Shown piece by piece: positions 20,957-28,823 of a stretch of 64,000 nucleotides of DNA. Location: NCBI GenBank assembly GCA_964613815.1, contig CAZTKG010000004.1, forward strand, positions 25,892 through 89,891. Reading direction: 5' to 3'. Numbering within the stretch: position 1 is the first letter of the stretch; every line of letters begins with the position of its first letter. This DNA comes from an uncultured Gammaproteobacteria bacterium (lineage in GTDB: Bacteria; Patescibacteriota; Patescibacteriia; UBA9934). A model generated the notes under the pieces. The model was not told where the DNA came from. It saw only the letters and a program-made list of their open reading frames with translations, and searched no databases. A program made the position numbers and the translations under genes.

Positions 20957-21004
20957 CTGCCTGATACAAAAGTGGTCCGTACGGACCACTTTTGTATCAG
21001 GCAG
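20957..21004. repeat. 48-bp perfect palindrome CTGCCTGATACAAAAGTGGTCCGTACGGACCACTTTTGTATCAGGCAG
   Basis: Read directly; shares the same 38-bp core as 17111-17152. Confidence 0.9.
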
Positions 21005-21041
21005 ACAACGTCTACCAACGCACCAAATGCTCAAAGATCAA

Positions 21042-21968
21042 TTAAAAATCTCCAACATAAATCACCGAAATTGTGTGGGAATAACTCCCATCATCCGTCC
21101 CAGCAGCAATCGCCGCCTTTAGTGTTAAAAAATCACGCGACCGAAGCGCCACAGCAGAACGATCAGCCGCAATCTGCGCAGTCGTCGTAATCGCGGTATC
21201 AGCAGTATCGAAAGTCGTGGACGCAATCGAAGAGTCGCTAGACCTAGCGCCATATTCCTCACTTCCAGCACTCACCGTCCCGTCACTCACATCCGTAATC
21301 GTATTCGAAAGATCATTACTATGCGCCAAGCCTCGATTTTCTTCTACATAAACCGAATATCCATCCGGCACATCTGTAGAAGCCTCCCAACCAACGATCG
21401 ACGTAGCAACAGCGCTGCTAGAAAGCGACCCCAAACTCAAACTAGTCCCATCAAGCGCATAAACATAGTCAGAAGTCCCATCAACACTAACCGAAGTATC
21501 CCCCTCAGCGAGCCAATCAAGCACCAAATCCGATCCAGAAACACTAGAAATCTTTCCCATCGCGCTCACCTGACTCGCCCCCTCATCCTGAACCACAGCA
21601 ACATAATCCCCAACACTAAATCCAGTAGCATCAGAAACCGTCACAGTGCTCCCACTAAGCGCACTAGCCCCTACCTGACTCGTCGCGTCTTGAAGCAAAA
21701 CCTCAAAAGCCACCGTTTGATCATAAATTCCACCACGGTAACCTCCTCTCACATCATAAGAAGTACTCGTAATCCTCCCAAGCGCCTGCCCGCCAACACT
21801 ATCCCTCAACTCATAATTCGACGAACTTCCGGTGTCTCCACCCCCTTGAGACAGGTTGTCCCAATCAATCCGAAAATTACTAGACGTCATCTGCGCAAAA
21901 CTAACACTTCCAGGAGCAAGAACGACCCCCAAACAAACCACTACACCAACAAGACGCGCTAAATTCAT
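21042..21968 (-). CDS. hypothetical secreted Ser/Thr/Gly-rich protein
   Basis: Signal peptide ending S-F-A. Low-complexity S/T/G/D-rich body. Confidence 0.45.
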   Translation of the reverse strand: MNLARLVGVVVCLGVVLAPGSVSFAQMTSSNFRIDWDNLSQGGGDTGSSSNYELRDSVGGQALGRITSTSYDVRGGYRGGIYDQTVAFEVLLQDATSQVGASALSGSTVTVSDATGFSVGDYVAVVQDEGASQVSAMGKISSVSGSDLVLDWLAEGDTSVSVDGTSDYVYALDGTSLSLGSLSSSAVATSIVGWEASTDVPDGYSVYVEENRGLAHSNDLSNTITDVSDGTVSAGSEEYGARSSDSSIASTTFDTADTAITTTAQIAADRSAVALRSRDFLTLKAAIAAGTDDGSYSHTISVIYVGDF

Positions 21969-21999
21969 ACACATTCATTATACATCGAGCACAATTCTT

Positions 22000-22740
22000 G
22001 GTCAAAGAAATATTAAGCCAATCTTAGCCACAAATCGAACATTGTGGAAGCTTTCAAAACCCACAAAAAACAGATCAAATCCAAATCTGTGGATAAATAG
22101 CTCATTTTCCACACCAAAAACACACATCAAAAAACCGCATGACACCTCACCAAAAAAATGCCCAACCATGACCCGAAAAAAAGACAAATCACTGATCTGC
22201 CTCCTCAACCAACACAAAAACCACCCAGGCCTCAATCAAAAGAAGCGGAGAAAATTTCTCAAAACTCAAAAACCCAAATTTGTCTACGCAATTCTCGACA
22301 TTCATCACAAAAAAAAATACACGTCTCGTTCCTCACAACAAAAACACAAGTTCTCAATCACAAAAAAATAACAACCATTTTTTCCTCGCGAAACACATTC
22401 TGTAGATAACCTGTAAATAACCCTGTGAACTTCTTGTAGATACACACAATCAGTCCACACCCAAAAAAATCAAAAAACACCAATAAACCATCAATTTTCC
22501 ATCGATACTCACACCAAAACCACAACGTTATCCACCGAACCAACGATCATAAACCAATCAAAACAACCAAACCCAAACAGGGCAGGGCACCAAACCAAAA
22601 AAATCCACCCTCATCACAGTGGACAACTCCCCACTTCTCCACAGTCAATACACAAAACAACCATCAACAAAATCAAAACACCAAAAAAACGGCCCACAGC
22701 CGAAAAAATAATGTCTTCCAGTTACTTTTATCAAACACAG
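22000..22740. promoter_or_regulatory. ~0.75-kb non-coding A/C-rich tract with DnaA-box-like 9-mers
   Basis: No ORF with usable codon structure. Motifs CTGTGGATAAA, TTTTCCACACC, CTGTAGATAAC, GTTATCCACCG, AGTCCACACC, GTGGACAACT. Confidence 0.4.
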
Positions 22741-22770
22741 CCTGTACAAGACCAGAAACGACGCCGAGCT

Positions 22771-22892
22771 CCCAGAGAGGGTAAGTCGCTCTGTGGTGGT
22801 GATTCTTTTTAGAAACCGCAGTAAAACGTACTCATAGTACGTAGTCGAGGATTTCTAAAAAAATCGCCGCCACAGAGTGACTTGGCCCTCTC
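22771..22892 (-). ncRNA. 122-nt imperfect long hairpin in the tRNA-Arg(CCT) 3' trailer (copy 1 of 2)
   Basis: Gapless alignment to 37341-37462 with compensatory changes on both arms (details in findings). Confidence 0.55.
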
Positions 22893-22969
22893 TGGAGGCC
22901 TCGAAGGGGGTCGAACCCTTAACCTTGTCCTTAGGACGGACCTGCTCTATCCAATTGAGCTACGAGGCC
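22893..22969 (-). tRNA. tRNA-Arg (anticodon CCT), CCA encoded
   Basis: Manual fold: acceptor GGCCTCG/CGAGGCC, D-arm GCTC-AATTGGATA-GAGC, anticodon loop GTCCTAA, T-arm AAGGG-TTCGACC-CCCTT, discriminator T then CCA. Confidence 0.85.
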
Positions 22970-23120
22970 AAATCGCTGTCTACGTTCTTTATCTTCCCAC
23001 TTGTTCCTCAAGAATATTTCTTTCACAAGCGTCGTAAAATAAAAACATATCTAACAACGTAAAAATGATACAATACCCAAACTCAAAAAACCACCTAAAC
23101 AACCTAAACCCCTACAAACC

Positions 23121-24233
23121 ATGGAAATACTCTACATCGCGCTCATCATCGCCGGATTTGCCGCAACAATTTTTACCATATTCAAAGTCACCCGAGACAA
23201 GGGAACAAACGAAGATGCGTCGCAAAATATTTTACAAAGACTTGATTCAATGAGAGAGGAGCTTCAAAGAACGAATAGCTCGCATAGAAAAGAGGTTCAA
23301 GACAAATTGGAACGCGTTCAAGACAAACTCAGCCAAGGAATGCAGCATTCCCACTCCTCCATGCAAAAACAGTTCGACCAAACCTCCAAAATCATCAAAG
23401 ACGTTACCCACCAACTCACATCCCTCGACAAAACAAACAAACAGGTCCTCGACTTCTCCTCCCAACTAGAAAACCTCCAGCACATTCTCAAAAACCCAAA
23501 ACAACGTGGAGTTTTAGGCGAATATTGGCTAGAAACCCTCCTCGGCAACGTCCTCCCAGCTTCAAGTTACAAAATGCAATATCACGTAGGTGACGACGAA
23601 GACACCAAACAAAAACTCATCGCAGACGCCGCTATCTTCATCCGAAACCAAGTCATCCCAATCGATGCCAAATTCACCTTAGAAAACTACAACCGAATGA
23701 TGCAGGAGAAAGAACCAGAAAGAAGACTAAAAATAGAAAAAGACTTCAAGACAGACGTCAAAAAACGCATCGACGAGACATCGAAATACATCCAACCAAA
23801 CTTCGACACCATGAACTTCGCCTTTATGTTCATCCCAGCAGAAGGCGTCTACTACAACCTCCTAAACGCAGCAGTAGGCTCAGGCGTAAACAGTAAAAAC
23901 CTCGTAGAATACGCCTTCGCAAAACACGTCATGCTCGTATCTCCAACATCCTTCTACGCATATCTCCAAACCGTCCTCCTCGGCCTCAGAGAACTCCAAC
24001 TAGAGGAATCCACCCAAGACATCATCAAAAGAGTAGGGGAGCTAGGGAAACACGTACACGCCTACCGCGAATATCACGAAAAACTAGGCAAAAACCTAGG
24101 AACCGTCGTCAATCAATACAATCAATCCAGCAACGAACTCAAAAAAGTCAGCAAAGACGTCATCAAAATCACGTCAGGAGAAAAAAAAGACATCATAGAA
24201 CTAGAAAACCTGACAAAGCCAGAACTAGAATAA
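23121..24233 (+). CDS. rmuC: DNA recombination protein RmuC
   Basis: N-terminal TM, long coiled-coil, conserved K-Q-R-G-V-L-G-E-Y-W-L-E-T-L-L and F-M-F-I-P-A-E-G-V-Y blocks. Confidence 0.8.
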   Translation: MEILYIALIIAGFAATIFTIFKVTRDKGTNEDASQNILQRLDSMREELQRTNSSHRKEVQDKLERVQDKLSQGMQHSHSSMQKQFDQTSKIIKDVTHQLTSLDKTNKQVLDFSSQLENLQHILKNPKQRGVLGEYWLETLLGNVLPASSYKMQYHVGDDEDTKQKLIADAAIFIRNQVIPIDAKFTLENYNRMMQEKEPERRLKIEKDFKTDVKKRIDETSKYIQPNFDTMNFAFMFIPAEGVYYNLLNAAVGSGVNSKNLVEYAFAKHVMLVSPTSFYAYLQTVLLGLRELQLEESTQDIIKRVGELGKHVHAYREYHEKLGKNLGTVVNQYNQSSNELKKVSKDVIKITSGEKKDIIELENLTKPELE

Positions 24234-24282
24234 ACCTTGACAAAACCCCCCGTTTTCCGTACCATCTCCTCATCAAATACCT

Positions 24283-24549
24283 ATGCCAAATCTAGACAAC
24301 GCCAAAAAGGCTCTGCGACAAGCAGCAAAACGAGCAGAACGAAACAAAGTCACACGCGACGAAGTTCACTCAATGCGCCGAAAATTCCGAAAACTCCTCG
24401 AGACAGGGAAACAAGACGAAGCAAAAACGCTTCTCTCATCCCTCTACAAAAAACTCGACAAGTCAGCAAAAAAAGGAATCTTCAAACAAAACAAAGTCGC
24501 TCGCATCAAATCACGAGCAACCCTCAAGCTAAACAAGGCATCAAAATAA
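24283..24549 (+). CDS. rpsT: 30S ribosomal protein S20
   Basis: M-P-N-L-D-N-A-K-K-A-L-R-Q-A-A-K-R-A-E-R-N start, basic 88-aa protein. Terminator cgggcaaaacccg+T7 at 24550-24569. Confidence 0.9.
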   Translation: MPNLDNAKKALRQAAKRAERNKVTRDEVHSMRRKFRKLLETGKQDEAKTLLSSLYKKLDKSAKKGIFKQNKVARIKSRATLKLNKASK

Positions 24550-24585
24550 CGGGCAAAACCCGTTTTTTTGATATCATCACAACAT

Positions 24586-25098
24586 ATGAAACGAGCATTC
24601 ATCGCAATCGGCACAATCATCATCATTGCCGCAGCATACTATCTCCTATCACCAATCTGGCGAGTCATTGAAGTAAACGAGGAAATCCCATTCGAGGAAC
24701 AAGTACCTATCTCACAAACAGAAGCTCCAACTGAACAACAAGAAAACGAACCGGAAAACATCGAACCAACACCAGCACCAACCACCATCGCCCAAACAGA
24801 CTTCACTCCAGCCGACCACGACGTATCAGGATCAGCCTCCATCATCACAGACGGCACCCAAACCATCCTCCGCTTCGAAAACTTCGAAACAATCAACGGC
24901 CCAAACCTCCACATCTACCTCGCCTCAGACACCTCAGCAAGCGACTACATCGACTTAGGACCCATCAAAGGAACCAAGGGCAATATCAACTACGAAATCC
25001 CATCAGACGTCGATCTAGCAACCTATAACCAAGCCCTCGTCTGGTGCGTCCCCTTCAAAGTCCTATTCAGCTACGCAGACCTCCAAATCAACGACTAG
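24586..25098 (+). CDS. DM13-domain protein with N-terminal TM anchor
   Basis: T-I-N-G-P-N-L-H-I-Y-L, G-T-K-G-N-I-N-Y-E-I-P and V-W-C-V-P-F-K-V-L-F-S-Y-A-D-L blocks match the DM13 pattern. Confidence 0.6.
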   Translation: MKRAFIAIGTIIIIAAAYYLLSPIWRVIEVNEEIPFEEQVPISQTEAPTEQQENEPENIEPTPAPTTIAQTDFTPADHDVSGSASIITDGTQTILRFENFETINGPNLHIYLASDTSASDYIDLGPIKGTKGNINYEIPSDVDLATYNQALVWCVPFKVLFSYADLQIND

Positions 25099-26080
25099 AA
25101 ACCATCTCCCCAACAAGCAAATCCACCGCAACATCCGGCGCAATCCCGCCGGATTTTGCTTTCATATCAAATTCATACAATTTGTCATGCCACCGCTCCA
25201 AATCCACCATCTCAACCTTCCGAGCTTGCCCTACGGTCTTACTTGCCACAAACGGATGCAACCCAAGCACCTTAGCCGCATCCCGCTGATTTCCGCCCCC
25301 ATCAAGAAACGCCCTCGCATTCATCAAAAGCCGAACCTGCCGAGCAATCATCGTCATCAAATAAATATCCGCCGCCCCAAACCCCCGCTGCTTATCCAAA
25401 AGCCCCAAAACACGCGCAGAATCACCCCCCACAAGCCCATCCATAAGCGCAAAAATCACATCATCACTTCGCGTCCCACCCAATAAATCAACCATCTCCC
25501 GCGTCACCGCCTCACCACCAGCATACGCACACAACTTATCAATCTCCGCACGGAGCATCCAAAGCTCCCCGCCACTCGTCGAAACAACCATCCGCAAAGC
25601 CTCATCATCAAACCGCCCCCCAATCTTCGCAACATACTCCCGAGCCCATCCATTCAAACCAGCCCCCTGCAAAACATCAAACGCATAAGAATGCACCCCT
25701 TCCTGTCCATCAAAAGCCTTAAAAAACGAATGCTTCTTCACCGCAGCAGATTTCATCCCACTCCACAAAATCACAATCGTACTCTCCGGCACCCGCTCAA
25801 ACGCCGTCACCCAAGGCGCCGCATCCGCCTTCTTTTTCTTCTCCTCCAAAAGCCCCCGAACCACAACCATCCGCTTCGCACGCAAAAAAGGCGGACTCTG
25901 CACCGCCTGCATCACCTCCCCAAGCACATTCCCACCACGCCCCAGCTTCAACTTCTCCCGCAAATCAACCTCAAGCAAATTCATCCCCGCAGCATCAAAC
26001 TTTTCCTTAAAAGCATCCCGCATCACACGAACCTTTTCCTGCGACCGATACCCATCTTCCCCAAAAACAAAAATAATCAT
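25088..26080 (-). CDS. holA: DNA polymerase III delta subunit
   Basis: M-I-I-F-V-F-G-E-D-G-Y start typical of HolA, AAA+-lid-like architecture, length ~330 aa. Confidence 0.65.
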   Translation of the reverse strand: MIIFVFGEDGYRSQEKVRVMRDAFKEKFDAAGMNLLEVDLREKLKLGRGGNVLGEVMQAVQSPPFLRAKRMVVVRGLLEEKKKKADAAPWVTAFERVPESTIVILWSGMKSAAVKKHSFFKAFDGQEGVHSYAFDVLQGAGLNGWAREYVAKIGGRFDDEALRMVVSTSGGELWMLRAEIDKLCAYAGGEAVTREMVDLLGGTRSDDVIFALMDGLVGGDSARVLGLLDKQRGFGAADIYLMTMIARQVRLLMNARAFLDGGGNQRDAAKVLGLHPFVASKTVGQARKVEMVDLERWHDKLYEFDMKAKSGGIAPDVAVDLLVGEMVSSR

Positions 26081-26146
26081 GCCAAGATGGTACCAAAACC
26101 AAGCCCCTCTTGACAAAACAACCAAAAAAACCTAAATTAACCCCTT

Positions 26147-26397
26147 CCATTTGCTCGTTCGACACCAGTCAACATCTGCGGACGCCCCGTCCCCAGAGAC
26201 GCCACCACCCAAAGCGTCAATCCGCTCTGCATATGCAACGATTGCTCAGATTTCATCAGAAATCAGAAAATCGCTGCATATGCACGACGTTCGTTTGCCC
26301 GAACCCCTCTTTCGGCACATACCTGCATCAAGATTCCCGCAAACGCACTCTAGATCAAACGAAATGGAACCCACCCCTAATAAAGGGGTAATTTTTA
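26147..26397 (+). ncRNA. small structured RNA unit A1 (family defined in findings)
   Basis: TTGACA 26110-15, 17 nt, TAAATT. 5' CCATTTGCTCGTT pairs with 3' AACGAAATGG (26358-67). Internal hairpin cTGC-GGACG-CCCC-GTCC-CCAGA. Terminator CCCCT..AGGGG plus T-run. Confidence 0.5.
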
Positions 26398-26433
26398 TTG
26401 ACAAATACAACCAAAACATCTAGAGTCCACTTT

Positions 26434-26648
26434 CCATTTGCTCGTTAGTCATCCGCTAACACTGCGGGCGCCTCGCCCCCAGAAAAAAGCATACCTGACA
26501 CGACCAGGCACGCTGCAAATATGCGACTTTTACCCGCTTCGCTCCAGTAAAAGTCGCATATTTGCCACTCAAGCTGCGCTCGAAGCCATCACGCAACTGT
26601 CATCAAGCGAAATGGAACTCACCCCCTAACGAAGGGGTATTTCTTTTT
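26434..26648 (+). ncRNA. small structured RNA unit A2
   Basis: TTGACA 26398-403, 17 nt, TAGAGT. 5' CCATTTGCTCGTT / 3' GCGAAATGG. Internal hairpin GGGCG-CCTC-GCCC and a perfect 19-bp stem GCAAATATGCGACTTTTAC/GTAAAAGTCGCATATTTGC. Terminator CCCCT-AACGA-AGGGG plus T-run. Confidence 0.5.
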
Positions 26649-26682
26649 GACAAATCCCCAAATTCCGCTAACCTAACCCCAT

Positions 26683-26937
26683 CAACTTGCTAGACGTCCT
26701 CGTCAACCTGCCCGCACCCCGCGGCCAGACCCAGACACACCCCCAAAGACCCCGAGTACAGAAAATCTCGCCTTAACGGAAATTTTGCTCCCAAACTCGC
26801 AAAATTATCCAACCAGTCAAGATTTTCTGCCGCTCCCGAGAGAAATCCGCCACTCGCCACAAGCGGCTTCACTCCGATTTCTCACGCTCCAAGTACCAAG
26901 CGAAGTTGACCCTCCCCGCCCAAAAGGCGGTTTTTCT
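26683..26937 (+). ncRNA. small structured RNA unit A3
   Basis: TTGACA 26647-52, TAACCT 26669-74. 5' CAACTTGCTAGACG / 3' AAGCGAAGTTG. Internal hairpin CCGCA-CCCC-GCGG-CCAGA. Terminator CCGCC-CAAAA-GGCGG plus T-run. Confidence 0.5.
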
Positions 26938-26941
26938 GTCC

Positions 26942-27024
26942 CATCTATCGCTCCGGCTCCGCCGAGCCCTATCGTCGAGCTCAGCTCGACCCTATCGTTC
27001 AGCTTTGCTGAATTCTATCACTCA
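26942..27024 (+). repeat. iteron-like direct repeats of (C/T)CTATCG spaced 23-28 bp, containing GGCTCCGCCGAGC
   Basis: Four CTATC(G/A) repeats. The same module recurs at 40001-40078 and partly at 40582-40640. Confidence 0.5.
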
Positions 27025-27035
27025 TGCTTAAAAGC

Positions 27036-27142
27036 TTGACAAATCACCCAAATTCCGCTAATCTCCCCCTCTGAATCAATCCCGATTCACCCCCGCTCCT
27101 TTCGCTTCGAATTGAGTACCACCCCGCGCAAAAGAGGCTATC
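27036..27142 (+). promoter_or_regulatory. promoter and leader of the RT gene
   Basis: TTGACAAATCACCCAAATTCCGCTAATCT is nearly identical to the unit A3 promoter TTGACAAATCCCCAAATTCCGCTAACCT. AAAGAGG RBS before ATG 27143. Confidence 0.55.
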
Positions 27143-28408
27143 ATGGCCAAGAAACCCCAAAAGGGACCCAAGCGCCCAGGTCAAAAAGGCTACAAGGACA
27201 ACAATTTCCAGTTGATCCTCGCCCTCCCGGCCCACTTCGCAGAGATGCTCCGCGAACTGCTTCACATCCATCAGTCCGACTGGGAAGTCCTCATGGACAT
27301 CCTCCGGCAAGGACACGAAGCCGCCTACAGAGAAGAAAAACGCCGAAAGGGCAACGGTGGCACACGCTACATCCATGCCCCCTGCGACACCCTCAAGGAC
27401 GTGCAGCGCAAGATCCTCAACCAGTTCCTCTCCCAGATCCCGATCCACTTCATTCGCTGGGGAGGCCGGAAGGGCAGCTCTGTCGTGAAGGCCGTCGACA
27501 ACGCCATCGGCGCTCGATACGCCTTCAGCATCGACATCATGAACGCCTTCCCGTCGGTCTTCCGAAGCCGAGTCCAGGCAGCCTTCATCGAGCCCGTACG
27601 CCACATGCTCCGCATGTACAAAGGTCTCGAGATATCCGAAGACGACATCAAAACCCTGGCCTACGCCCTCGCCGACCTCTGCATCCTCCACGACCGCCTC
27701 CCGCAGGGTCCACCTTCTTCGCCGCGAATCCTCGACATCGTCTCCTTCGGCATGGACCGCGACATCGGAGCCCTCGTCGGAGAGTACCGCACCCCCATCA
27801 ACAAGATGCATGCGTTCATCTGGGTCGACGACATCAACATCGTCAGCCACGAACCCATCCCAAAAATCGTGCAGGAAAAGCTGAAGGCAATCATCAGAAA
27901 GTACAAGTTCATGCCACACCACCGTCCTGGCAAGTGCGACTACTTCTCTGTCGAAACCGGCAGGTTCCCAATCCTCCTCGGGATCAACATCTTCACCGGA
28001 ACCCTCGCGCCCAAAACGGTCAGACGCTTCCGCAGCAAGCTCAACTGGCTTCTCAAGCAGAACACCTGGGGCGTCAAACAACTCCAAACGGCAGCCGGCA
28101 TCGTTGCCTACCTCGACCAGATCTACCCATCAACCGGTCGTCGTCGCAAGCGTCTTCCTTCAGCTCTCCGAGTCCTCGTCCCCCGCACTCGCGCCCGCAT
28201 CAAGGCCGAACGCGCCGGCGACCCGGTGACCATCAACATCACCGAAGTCGTCGAAGAGCTCCTCGCCGAAAAAGAAGAAAAAAACGGTCAGACCGGACGC
28301 AAGATCATCGACACCATCGTCCACGACGCCTCCGCAACCGGAGACCCCGACCACGACATCGAGATCCGCATCGCACTCGCTCAAGAGGCGCTCGCCGAAG
28401 CAAGCTGA
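27143..28408 (+). CDS. reverse transcriptase (stand-alone, retron-like fingers/palm; unusual V-D-D motif C)
   Basis: G-G-T-R-Y-I-H-A-P-C-D-T-L-K-D-V-Q-R-K-I-L (retron-like motifs 1-2), F-S-I-D-I-M-N-A-F-P-S-V (motif A), L-P-Q-G-P-P-S-S-P-R-I-L (motif B'), F-I-W-V-D-D-I-N-I-V (motif C), L-L-G-I-N-I-F-T-G-T downstream. Confidence 0.8.
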   Translation: MAKKPQKGPKRPGQKGYKDNNFQLILALPAHFAEMLRELLHIHQSDWEVLMDILRQGHEAAYREEKRRKGNGGTRYIHAPCDTLKDVQRKILNQFLSQIPIHFIRWGGRKGSSVVKAVDNAIGARYAFSIDIMNAFPSVFRSRVQAAFIEPVRHMLRMYKGLEISEDDIKTLAYALADLCILHDRLPQGPPSSPRILDIVSFGMDRDIGALVGEYRTPINKMHAFIWVDDINIVSHEPIPKIVQEKLKAIIRKYKFMPHHRPGKCDYFSVETGRFPILLGINIFTGTLAPKTVRRFRSKLNWLLKQNTWGVKQLQTAAGIVAYLDQIYPSTGRRRKRLPSALRVLVPRTRARIKAERAGDPVTINITEVVEELLAEKEEKNGQTGRKIIDTIVHDASATGDPDHDIEIRIALAQEALAEAS

Positions 28409-28823
28409 TCTCCTCAATCTCACCCTGTCGCTCGCCTACCTACCGAAAGGTAGAAGCAGCGACAGGGGATCCTATCTCGCCCTTCACCCAAAAGTGGAGA
28501 TCGAGTACGATCGAAACCTTCCCTGCAGTTTGCTTGAAAATCGGTCACCAAAAGACATTACGCGCCTAGCGTCATGCCGACCAATCACCCAAGACGACTA
28601 AGCCTCGCTGACAAAGACAAGCTTTGTCAGACGCGGTCAGGTACTCCGGTGAACAATGGGGGACGCGAGCTTCCCAATACGCCCACCTCCATACCTGACA
28701 GCGCTACCTCGTCAGTCGAAACTGCACCTTCCGGAAGTCCAACCAACTTCCGGGTTCTTATATCGCCCTTCTCCAAGCAGAAGGTCGGCAAAGGAACACC
28801 GAACATTTCATCAGGAGCACCCA

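Noticed and set aside
22000-22740. A/C-rich DnaA-box-like tract considered as oriC
   Set aside because: The compositional skew does not switch here. The switch and tighter DnaA-box clusters lie next to dnaA at 56.7-58.6 kb.
27112-28569. 485-aa ORF overlapping the RT gene in another frame
   Set aside because: Its Arg/Pro/His-rich translation has no motifs. The 27143..28408 frame carries the complete RT motif set and a proper RBS.
28656-28823. N-terminal 56 codons of the 426-aa track ORF for the AAA+ ATPase
   Set aside because: An internal ATG at 28824 has a strong AGGAG RBS and the ATPase homology starts there. The upstream part overlaps the structured hairpins.
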